Below, in pieces: positions 13,918-25,150 of a stretch of 64,000 nucleotides of DNA. The notes under the pieces were generated by a model. It was not told the origin of the DNA, did no database searches, and was given only the letters and a program-made list of their open reading frames with translations. The DNA is taken from the NCBI GenBank assembly GCA_949358305.1, contig OX442314.1, positions 15,500,001 to 15,564,000 on the forward strand. The letters are read 5' to 3'. How positions within the stretch are numbered: the first letter of the stretch is position 1; each line of letters starts with the position of its first letter. A program made the position numbers and the translations under genes. Source of the stretch: Strigamia acuminata. Its lineage: Eukaryota.

Positions 13918-14727
13918 CAAGGAGACCGCAAGAGTGTGTAATTCACAATTGTTAAAATTATTGTTTCATTATAAGTATTCACATGACCTGAACAACGTTT
14001 CTTTCAAATATTAAAATGCAGCGCTCTCTCACATTGTTACAAACAGTTATAACACACAGGATTCCTTAGTGTGTGTTGAAACACTATTTTTTGATTTTTT
14101 GAGTAAAAAGGTCAAGTGTAGCACTACACTTGGTGATTAGCCTGTTCAAACATTACTCTGGAACCCAAGTAATTTGATAATACATGACATATGACATCAA
14201 AACTTTGTTCACCAACCATGACTACCTGCATGAAAACAACAAAAATTAAAATTAATTAAATTAAAATTTTCTAAAAACAAATATAAAATAACAACCATTA
14301 ACATTACTGCTAAATATAAATAAAAAATAAAAGTAAATTTTTTTTACAGACAATAGGATTTGAACCTGTGTGGAAAGATTCCTAGTCCATTGCCTTAACC
14401 ATTGGGCCACCACTACAAACTATTGTTGTCTTCATGCAGACTGTTATGTCGGTTATTAAAGTTGTGATATCATATTACTTGGGTTCCAGAGTAAGGTTTG
14501 AACAGGGTAAACACCAAGTGTAGTGCTACACTTGACCTTTTTACTCAAAAAATAAAAAAATAGTGTTTCAACACACAGTAAAGAATCCTGTGTGGTGTAA
14601 CTATTTGTAACAATGTGAGAGAGCGTTGCATTTAAATATTTGAAAGAAACATTGCTCAGGTCATGTGTATACTTTATTTAACAATAATTTTAACAATTGT
14701 GAATTACACACTCCTGCGGTCTCCTTG
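13918..14727. mobile_element. 810-bp foldback/MITE-like element with about 300-bp inverted arms and 3-bp TTA TSD (PIF/Harbinger-like target)
   Basis: Arms at 13918-~14242 and ~14423-14727 (CAAGGAGACCGC...GCGGTCTCCTTG). TTA at 13915-13917 and 14728-14730. The empty site can be reconstructed from the DIRS terminus. Confidence 0.85.
14346..14416 (-). pseudogene. Degenerate tRNA-Ser-like sequence (pseudogene or SINE head)
   Basis: Minus strand reads GTAGTGGTGGCCCAATGGTTAAGGCAATGGACTAGGAATC..CACACAGGTTCAAATCC, with A-box- and B-box-like motifs. Resembles metazoan tRNA-Ser(AGA) with the variable arm truncated and the stems disrupted. Confidence 0.75.
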
Positions 14728-14825
14728 TTAGCAAAATATCCAATAATATGTCATCTTGGCAATAAATGTTAACTTAAGGCTCTTCGTAGCCTCCAAGAAC
14801 CTAGTAAAAGCAGAAGAAATCTGGT

Positions 14826-15766
14826 CTACCGGATGATTGTAGTGTTAAAAAATATAGATGCGGATGACCAATCAGCTTCACGAAGAATATTGAAGACGTT
14901 AACACCCTTCGACCAGGCAAAGGAGGTGACAGCCGCCCTGGTCGAGTGTGCCGAGAAAACAGAAGTATTAACGCCAGCCATGCTCAGCGTTGTCTTGATC
15001 CACCTAGCAATAGGGGTGAAGAAAACTGGGCCGAAAGGTCGAGAAGCGACTAAGAAAAGTTGAACTGAATCATGGCAAAAATTGGCCTTGTGTTTAAGAT
15101 AAAATTTAACTGCCGCCACCGGGCAAAGATCCTTAGTCGAAAATTAAGGCAGGATAAAAGGGACAGTTGATGCTTATTTATGCCTACCTAAGAGGGGATG
15201 GTACACGTATTGTCAGAAAAAGTTATTCTGGATGAAAGCAGTTTAAGATCTGCAGCTCAACCGGCAAGTAAAAGGGCCAAAAGAGTAGCAATGTGCTGAT
15301 TGATTTTTAAAAGGAATAGAGAAGACAAACCTTGTGTATTTCCTTCAAAAATATCAAAATGGGACCTACATGCCAAATTGAAGAGTATTTGGACTTTTGG
15401 GGGCAAGCATTAGTAATTCCCTTCTTGACCCTGCGAATAAGGGGATGGGATCCCAAATCTAACAAGGAAACAAGAAAAATTGTTTGTGCGATTGCTGAAT
15501 GATGCACATTTATTGTGCTGAAGGCCAAATAGTCAATATTCTGCTAATTCTATAGCAGAGGGTCAAAGAAGTTCCACATTGTGTCTGGATGACCACTGCA
15601 ACCAGTTTCTCCAATGTCCATCATAGACCTTGTTTGAGGAAGCTTGCCAGGAAGATCCCACCAGTTGGGAAGTACATTTTGAAAGGCCCCTGTCTCCGAG
15701 CTGATGGAGAACTTCCAAGCGGCCAGGTGCAGTGACCTGTTTGTAAGAGCGGGTGTGGTAGGCCAT
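14826..15766 (-). pseudogene. DIRS tyrosine recombinase (fragmented)
   Basis: SSWQASSNKVYDGHWRNWLQW, STINVHHSAI..GSHPLIRRVKKG, LLALLLAG*AADL (catalytic Arg position is a stop), IARWIK..FSAHSTRAA..ADWSS, and HY after a frameshift. Confidence 0.9.
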
Positions 15767-15982
15767 GTGGATTGGTCAGAAGATTGAGTTGTTGAAGTAA
15801 TCATAACAGAGGTCTTGTCGAGTGACCAAAGGAGCTAAAAATAATGAACTGTAGAATTCCATTATGTAATACAGTGAGTTGTATAATTAACAGAAACCAG
15901 CCTTGACTGGGCCAGATTAGTGTAATTAAAGTTAACCGGATGGGTGAAATCGAGGATGTAATCTTTTGTAGACATTTAGCAA

Positions 15983-16440
15983 TTAGATAAAAAGGTGGAA
16001 GGCATATGTCTCTCCTAAACTCCAGTCTTGCACTAAAGCGTCAAAAGCTTCTGCCGATGAGTCAGGCTTCCAACTAAAGTTCTCTACTTGAGCATTATGC
16101 ATAGCAGCAAAAAGACGTATTACAAAACGGCCACAAATCTGAGAAATACATAAAGAAAATGATTTGATTGAGCATCCAGTCACCAAAGTCTGAAAAATGA
16201 CCACAAGAGGCGGCATTAGCTTTGACGTTGAGACTGCTTGGAATGTTCTCGGCCTAGATACTTAGATCTCTGGCCATGGCTCAAGACCAGAGATCTTGTA
16301 GTGTTATCCATACATATCTTAACTAAACCTTTAGAGAGATCCTTGGCAAAAGATTTGAGACCCCAAAAGGCTGCAAGCAATTCCAAAACGTTAATGTTTC
16401 TTAGCAAAAGATAAAGTCCAACTGCCTCTGATATTTGGTG
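15983..16440 (-). pseudogene. DIRS RNase H C-terminal part and adenine-methyltransferase-like domain (fragments)
   Basis: RGSWT...INVLELLAAFWGLKSF...ICMDNTT (DIRS RNase H). LFAAMHNAQ..SWKPD..AEAFDALVQDWS..YAF (DIRS MT-like domain). Confidence 0.85.
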
Positions 16441-19400
16441 TCCTATTCTTCTTCATCAGGGTCGACAGGAGCGCGTTTACAATTTGCTTCCGATTTCGCC
16501 TTCATTTGAGGCATGCGATTTTGAAGTCTTTTACATTCATCTTGAAGCTCCTTGGTTCAGAAATCTAATCAGACAATGATTCATCAGTCTCATCATTAAA
16601 ATGATTGGAATAAAATTCTCGTGACTCCTCCTAGGACAAATCGAGTCCAAATGTGCATTTTTAACAATGATTGTAATAATGATGCTAACTTACCTGGTAA
16701 CAAGACTGAGTATAGCCCTCATCGTCTCTACGAGATCGAGAATCGCGGGTTTGCTCAGTAGACTCTCCCTGCATAGGAAGATCCCCACCAATCGTTCTAA
16801 CTTGTAAGACTTGTGACGATAAATTTGGCTTGGGTGCGAGTGTCCAACCGTTTGCGTCATGCTTAGCAATTTGGTCGGGCCCTTGCAGCGCTTCGCCGTT
16901 CACTTCATGTAAATTTTCTCGGCCACTGGCATGCAGATTCTCAGGAATTGTAGGTGGAATATCAGCTGTAATTGATGCATTTAAACAATCGTCTGGTTCA
17001 GACTCATTAGAATGATGAATCTCGGCAATCGTTGCACGAGAATTACGATTAGGCTTAATGGTTGCTGGTCGTCCACGTGTTGAACGGCTGTTTTGGATTT
17101 GGAAACGCTCTTAACCTGTCGTGTACCTCTCCTTCCAGTAGATTCCATCTGAAAATTGTCCATTGCGAGTGTTTCTTGGGTAAAAAGTGTGAAAAACTTA
17201 CTCAAAAATTTAGAAAGCCAAAAAACTTGTGTCCACTTGTACTAGTAAAATTTGACTGGAGATCAGGTCTCGAGCTACACCAGGAGTAAGGGTCAAGCCC
17301 TCCTCCTTGAATTTTTTCTTTAAAGTACTAGTTAGGTATTAATAAATTGGACAAGCCTTAAGTTAACAACATTTATTGCCAAGATGACATATAATTAATT
17401 CTACATCATTATTTTTTTTAAATTTTGCTTAAGACATGAAAAAAAAAATTTTCAGTAACGCACAAGAAAAAGTTGAAACTTTTTTCTTCATCATATTAAA
17501 TGCAAGTAAAACTTTTATTATCATTACATTTGGAAATTGTACCGGGCATTGTTTATACTGGCCACATTTATTTTTATTGTGTACACACAAGGTACAAGGG
17601 ACACAAAAACACCATTTATATTTTATGACATCTACTTACGTCCCTCAAGAGAGAAACTGAAAGGCAACATAAGACGGAAATTAAAGTAGCAAAATTAATT
17701 TTTAATTTACTTATTACACAAAGCATAATAAATAATTTAAACCCACTGTGAATCTCGGGCACTGGACTTTGACCCCTGCCCTCAGTCCACTTCCCTCCCG
17801 TAAGGGGGCACCCGTTACTGTAAGGGGTTTACGGATTGGCTCCCATAAACCTCTATTGTTAGCCATCTTGTTTTATCTGAAATAAATCAGTCTTTCGCTG
17901 TTTTCTAACATGCACATACGTTATTGACTCACACCCACCAAAAAAAATATGTTACTTGTCAGAAAACGTAATTAAAACTTGTTTAAACTGGTTATCTATT
18001 TGTTAATTTCACCAAAAAGATATCAGAGCTGCCTTCATTTGAACTTGGGACTTTTTATCTAAAAAAGTGGCCCTTAAGAGTCCAACTCATGTGACTAGAG
18101 ACTCGCACGCTTTCCATCACCTCTGCAGTCAACATTTTAAGACCAGGAACAAAATTATTGTCTGCCTCCTTGCACACCATCGTTTATGAGTCACGAGAGA
18201 ATCTACCTGAGAAAACCATGGATGTGCACTTGGAGGATATTTCAGTCTCCCAACATGCCTACTTTATTCGCAGCAATAGATGAGTGAACTTTCTTCCCTA
18301 GACCACCTACTTTACTCCTTTTTGTGGATCAAAATTGTAACAAAAAAAAACTTTTAACTCCAATTCAGCTCCTCCTTCGCGCTTCCAAACTACCACTACG
18401 TCATTGGGCAATAACAAAGAACCATTAAGACGAGTCAAAAGAGAATAAACCCGACTAATTTTCCGTAGACCCGAGTCATCAATTGAATATTCATTTCTTC
18501 TTTGCCATCCTTCGACGTCGAGGCACGCGCAAATCATCACCGAGTAAAATTAATGAACCGAATTTGCATGAATTTTCTTTTTGTTTCGCAGCATTTTCCA
18601 AATGAATGACAAACGATTCACCCAAAAGAATTCGTACACGCATTCCTAATTCTCTCTTTCCTCTTCCTTTCTCTTCTTTTTTATTTTAAAAATTAATTCT
18701 TTTAAAAACTTCTGATTTCTCCAACAACCCACCACCACCACACCCCGCCACGCCATTCGCCCGATTTATGAAGGAAAAAAAGAACAAGACCCATTATCCT
18801 CTGCCAACTGTAATTGGATTAAAGACAAACCCCCGTTCCCTCAACACTGAGCAGGCTCATTAAAATTCCAACGGTGATGTTCCTTTTTACTTTGCTTCTA
18901 TCCCTCTCCCCACTCTAGAGCTGCACATGCATGCATTTCCACCAGCTTACAAAGGACTTTAAGAAAATCAATACATAAAACTTATTCATCTCTATTGGAC
19001 TTTGCAACGATTAGAAGGAAAATATTGAAAGGACAGTCACTTCAAAGCCATTCCAATTTCCAATTCTATTAGATTAAAAATCACTATTTCTATAAACATG
19101 ATACAACTCTAACAGTATCAGTTTTATGCATAGCCTAAAAGTTATTTTAAAAATTCTTCTATTAATAATTAAATACCTTTTAAACATTTAAATAGTTTTC
19201 CTAGAAACAAATTAAAACAACATCTCTCCATAATTAATTGTTATCATTGAATTATTCAAAATATTTACACGACATTTCAAATTTTGTAACATTTTATAGC
19301 ATTCCAATTTATACGTAACAATATCACATTGAATATTATATACATGTATATTCTATGTCTTCATGCTATGCAGCGAAGCTTAAGGAGGCGCTTTTTAATA

Positions 19401-22400
19401 CATAAACAGCATTACATCTAAGTTAAGTCATTTATTCCCTTTCATGTGGTTCAGTAAGACGTAATACAAATTCAGATCTAAATCTCTTTCAGTGCCTTTT
19501 TATCCACACATTTTGTACTGACTGGAACAAAAAAAGTATTAAAAAATATTCTATTACGTATACTGTGTGTTATCAGAATGATACACCCAAAACCCACAGA
19601 CACACACCCCGGAATGGACCAGAGGGAACGCATTTTTTTTCTTCTCTTTTTAACACCGTCGTTTCCCCATTTCACTTGGCAAGAAAGACGTAGTGAGGCA
19701 GGCGCCATGAAGCCTGCTGTGTCAACATGATACAATCGTCACTTGACTATTGCGGCAAATCCCGATGGATCCAGAGGCGAGCAAGAACTGGCTTCAATAA
19801 ACTTATTTCTTTTGCCAACGAGGCATGATGGGAAATCGCTGACTTGAGGCTGTGAAACCACAAGTTATATAACGTCCAAATCAAACCAACTGAAAACTGT
19901 TTGTACTAAAAGTCCAATAGTCAAAGTTCTTTGCTTTGTTTGCTTTCCCTACAAAGCCGCAATCATTCACCTTTAAGGTCACATTTTTCCAATAAAAAAA
20001 TATAGGTTTAAAATATGTAACAAAATAATGCCAAAATACAAAAGTTATTGGCTCTTTGCCAATAACGACACGCGAAAAGATTATTTTCTCAGGAAAAAAA
20101 TAATACAAAAAAGTTTGAATCGAAACTTAGCGACATTTGACTGCTCGTTTAAATTCAAAATTTCGTATTCATTTGATCCGATCAGCTTAATTGAGGATTT
20201 TCTCAAACTGAAGTCCTATTCAATTAGTACGCTTTCTGTCGCAGTGCGCAAGCGCACAAAATTTTGACAACATAAAGATGTTAAAATTGCATTTTTAAAC
20301 ATGCATTTTTGTGTGTTTAAATTTTTTCCATTTAATCAACCATTTGTTGTTTAAATGTCCGTTTAAAATATGCATTTCAACTGGTTTAAAGACGATAAAC
20401 CAGAATAAATGACTTTTCGAATGCAGCTGCTGTCTCATTCATAAATGATAATTTACACAATTTAATGCATCTCTATGTAATACCATCTAAAAATATAAAT
20501 GAATAAAGTTACTTCCAAAACTTGTAATGGTATTTCCAGTACCGTGCAGCTAAATTTGATTTTTTCCCCTTCTTGTTTTATTTACACAGACAAACCTCTT
20601 AAAGCTGTAACTTCACGAAAGATATTGGTTTTATGGCCACAAAATAAAACACTTTGATATAACAAATATTGAAATATTTAATATTTCAATAAAAAATAAA
20701 AAAAAACAATTTTTTTATATCCTTTTATTCTATTTGCACAAAATTTGAATGAAAGAAATTCCTTAAAAACATGTTCTTTTCCCTAACGGACTAAAAAAAG
20801 ATCGGATAATTAATTCCCTTCAACATTATACTACCAAAACATTCATTCAAATTCAGCATTTATTTTTATCACAAACGCATACATTTTTAAAAGTACCTCA
20901 TTATAAAAAAATATTGAACAAACAATCCTCAAAGCAGTTGAAGTGCTCAATCAACGTTTTTTATTTTGAATCTGAACAGCTCATCTTCAAGTAGTGCGCA
21001 ATTCGGTGGCAAATTCACAAAATTAAATTGCGACTTTCCTATTTTGATATCTGCATAAACCAGTTTGCTTCTTAGATAAGGAATACGACCGATCAAACGT
21101 CCCTCCCATCTGTGTTACCAGTACATTACGGCCACAAGGTTTGAGAGAAAATTTAATCAAACTACAAACGTAATCTCTTTTTGTAAATGAAAACAGAAAA
21201 TAGTTTAACTTGAAGCTTCAAGCCATTTGCTTAATTCAAAGCCGAATTCCGAATCATCATTTCTATCATTTCTTGGAAAACAATTCTATAATTCATGAAA
21301 TGAATATGAAATCATGTTAGGTATGCAATGTAATATTAAATAAATCTAATGCTTTCAGAAACAGAAAGCTAAACGTTAATAACGGCTATTAAATATTCAG
21401 ACATCTCAAAAGTTCCGGTAATTAATAAATTGTGTTATAAAAACCACTTGTATTCAAAACTTTTGTAATTAAATAAATCTGCATAATACAAATCCATTCT
21501 CATTATTCTACAAATTGGGTTAAGACAATAAAATATTACTCACATATGTACATATAAGTAAAAAATTAATAATTGTTCCCGTGAAACTTGGGTAAAGCCT
21601 CAGATTATGAAAGATCAAGCTGTATGAATAAAACACATCACTCAAAAAATATAAGTAGATTTTCCGTTCATGTTCAGTGATGAATAAAATGTTCGTGTAT
21701 GGATACCCGAGATAGTCTGCGAAAAATCATTTATATTGCTCACAATAAGTGTACAGACTCCAAAGCAAAAACGCTGAAAGCCAATAACAGATGACTAAAC
21801 CAATTTTTTCGTTTGCAAATTTATTGGAAAGCCAAACTAGGTTTTCCAACTAGAATGATGCTCCTTTTGATAAAACTCCATCAACTAAAAAAAAAAGTTA
21901 CAATTGTGTATCTCAATTGGCCAACAACAAGCTCAAAGCTAAATTGAAAATGTTTAAGGTTTATTCAAAAAATCAATATAAAAAACACAAACAATATTCC
22001 CCCAAACCATCCAATAATCCAAAATCCTTTTTAAAAAAATCCTTAGGACACAACCAATGCCCGAAAAAAATAAAAATAAAAACCCCTGGCTTAAATGTAT
22101 TTGTTCCACGATTACCAAAGTCAACTTATCGGCTGCATAGCTGAATGTAAAACAATCAAAACGTGCGTAACAAGAAGAGTACGTATGCTCCTTTCTGCAC
22201 GTCGTAGGCTACAATATATCATTTGTCACACGAGGTGCAGTCGGAGAGCTCTTTTCCCGAAGGAATAGATCAACTCCAACGTCGTCCCTTAGGCTCCCCG
22301 TGGTCCCGTTTACAAGGCAATCTATCATAGACTGTGATCTATTTTTCCTGTTCCGCCTTTTTCCATTCCTCATTCTTTTGTACCCTCTGGTTGCATTTTT

Positions 22401-25109
22401 AAAATCCGGATAATTGTGCTCGCATGCAATAATGACGATGTTTCCCCGTAAACAAAAACAGCATCTCCTTTAAAATTGCACAGTTTTTATTTACTTTCAT
22501 GCAATCGAATTTAAAATTAAATACAAAACACGAGCCAAACGAAAATGAATGAATTATGTATGAAGCATTGCATGAGTAAAAATTTCTGCCTCACCTGTGA
22601 GAAATATATAATTTTTTGCTCAAATTCTAGGCTTGGGTTTTTATCGAAACACATTTAAAAGCCATTCTTTGCCAATGTTTTATGGATATGTGCAGACGTA
22701 TACAGCATATTAATGCACGAACATAGCAGGAATTGTCTCAAGCATTCAAATGGAAAAGGTTATTATTATATACTAGACAACGTAATTACACAGGTGCACC
22801 TAATGTTGTCTTATTGCTGCGAAAATACAATTTCAACTAAATCTTCCCGGCAGTCGTCATATAAGGACGCAGATTAATTTCCTAAGGGAACGTTTTACCC
22901 GGAATTTTAATATCCTGCCATGGAAGCCGCTCACTTCAGTTGCTCTTCACTTGTTTTCAGGACAAACCCGCGATATTGAGCAAACATCAAACAATCCTTC
23001 TAATCCCAAAACACACGCCCATCCCACAATCCCTTAAATAAATTGAAAAAAAAATTACATCCGTTTATCACATTTGCGCCGTCCCACTCCCAATTTGATA
23101 CTTGTCCTAATCATTTTTGATAGATAATATTTAAGAGCTTAGTGGTTGGGGAAAAAAACAACACCATAAGTTTCCTCCCCCCCTTTCCCCTATAGTAAAC
23201 TTTGAGTCTAAGAGCTTTCTCGTAATTCAGTAAAAAGGTTTGGAAGATCCATACGTTCGCTCTTGCAACTTGCAACTACTAAAGCAGATGGGAAAGAACA
23301 ATTTGAAGAAAGCACTTTCATTTTTATTGATGGATACTGTAAACTCTTCTAGTGGTTGGACACTTCAAGTAAACACGCATTAAAAACTTGCTTCGTGTCA
23401 TCTACCAAAGACATATATCGGTTTTAGTTGCAAACATTAGCAAACTCAGAAATAAAAGCCCATGCATCTCATGTCTACTCATCCTACTCACAAATTTCAA
23501 AACTAAACTAAAGCAAAAGCTTATAGCTAGATTACTCGTAGGCGCATTTATAGTCATTTAAACTTGTTTATATTTTTTAAACCAGCCTAAATGTAAAATT
23601 TAACATATATGTTAAATTCTATCTACGAGCTATCATTCTTATCATCTATATCGAATCCGGTTCGAATCCAAATAGAAGCGATCTAGAACTCTACATAGAT
23701 GCGGTGTTAAAATCTCGACCGGGAGGCTGAAATCCGATATAGAAGGAGTACTTCCATTATATAGTTTCTTCTATAGGTGATGTATATCTATGTATCCACT
23801 TTACCTACATATAGTTGTGTTACTTGGGTGTAAACAAGATTAAATGATCTTAGGATCTACTGTCTATTTCTAATTTGTAATAATCATTTTAAAAAATTGC
23901 GACGTTAGAGCAGATGTCTTACACGCGTTGCAATCCAGTGGGGAAAAAATTGATCACAAAACCTCAAAAACAGAACTTCAGTTCCCTTTTTTTTTATCAA
24001 TTCTACAACTGACCCCTTCTCTTCGACACGACAATTGAAAACCGTGCAGGTGCCCATTATCGATTTTAAACCCATGGAACAACCAATAAGAGAAATTCTG
24101 ACGTCCCTTTTACATCAGAAAAAAAGAAGAAAATACAGAAGAAAATAAAGAAAAGAGAGAAAAAAATAAGTTTGCCTAAAGCCATTACTTTTAAAGTAAA
24201 TCTGGATTTATAACTGTTTACCTCAATAGATTCCCTTTCGCTTCTTCTCTTTCAACACTACAACTTAACAATCAACAACTTTCATCACATTTTCCTCCCC
24301 TTTTCACATTCCAGCAGCTCACATTTCGTTTATTAGTTTAACTGAACTAGCGAGTGCTCCCCAGTGCTTCAAAGAAGCCTTTACAAATGTCATTTGCGTC
24401 GGAGTCCAGTGTGATGGCAACCCCACCGAGGTCGCCTTCTCGGCTGCCCCCACGGCGTCTCTCCTCAGTAGAGGCGACTCATGTCGGTGAATAGCTGGGC
24501 TTTATGAGCTCGTAAAAAACCACGCACGCCTCGATTCATCGTTAGGAGTTCGCTTTCGTTTTGCTGTGCGACCAAGTCCTAATTGCTCAGTTGGGGTCTG
24601 GCAAAGGCCTTGTGTCTGACCTCACTACCATTCTTATGCCCTCAGAGGCACACAGTTATCTCAAGGGACAATAAATTACCAAAATGGTAAAGAAAAAGAG
24701 CCCAGGTAAAATCTGATAACGGCAAAACAGATTCGACGTCAACTTAGCACGTCGTTTTAAATATTAAAGCGAGAGAACAAATTTAATTTTACTCAACAAC
24801 ATGTTGATTTTTCGACAATTTCAACAGTTGCGTTGGAAAAACAAACACAGATTAAACAGGTTGTGTTTCTATTCTCGAAAGAGATAAATAGTTCACTGAT
24901 TCAACAACAAATCTCAAGCTCTGACAACTGCAGAAACATTTCTGAAGGAGATTTGTGGATAAAAGCCAAAACGAAGGGGAGACTGTTTCTCTCTTTTTCC
25001 ATTATTTCTTGAAAATATATTAATTTTACAGAATATAAGAAAAAAAAAAATACTTTAATCCACTTACCGTTTTCACAAAAATCATAATTTGACTGTTGAA
25101 AAAAAGAAT

Positions 25110-25150
25110 TCTTACCTGAAAAGATAAAAACAACAGAAAATTAATCATCA
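25110..25150 (-). other. Candidate recursive splice site (ratchet point)
   Basis: Minus strand reads TGATTAATTTTCTGTTGTTTTTATCTTTTCAG|GTAAGA: an AG-free pyrimidine tract and CAG directly abutting a consensus donor. Confidence 0.55.

Larger units (their letters stand above)
13875..14781. other. DIRS internal complementary region (ICR), split into 13875-13917 and 14731-14781
   Basis: Joining the two halves gives a gap-free inverted copy of 13534-13590, followed directly by an inverted copy of about 17354-17392, i.e. the circle junction. Confidence 0.85.
13534..17396 (-). mobile_element. Decayed DIRS1-like tyrosine-recombinase retrotransposon with RT deleted
   Basis: ITRs at about 13582-13676 and 17283-17380 with non-matching terminal extensions. 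ICR matches both termini. Minus-strand fragments in the order ORF1 remnant, RNase H, methyltransferase-like domain, YR. Confidence 0.9.

Noticed and set aside
14346..14416. Functional tRNA gene
   Set aside because: Acceptor and anticodon stems are broken and the variable arm is truncated, so it is treated as a pseudogene.
23576..23830. CACTA/EnSpm-like remnant ending GTTACTTGGG, with palindrome AATTTAACATATATGTTAAATT
   Set aside because: Only one candidate terminus and no TSD.
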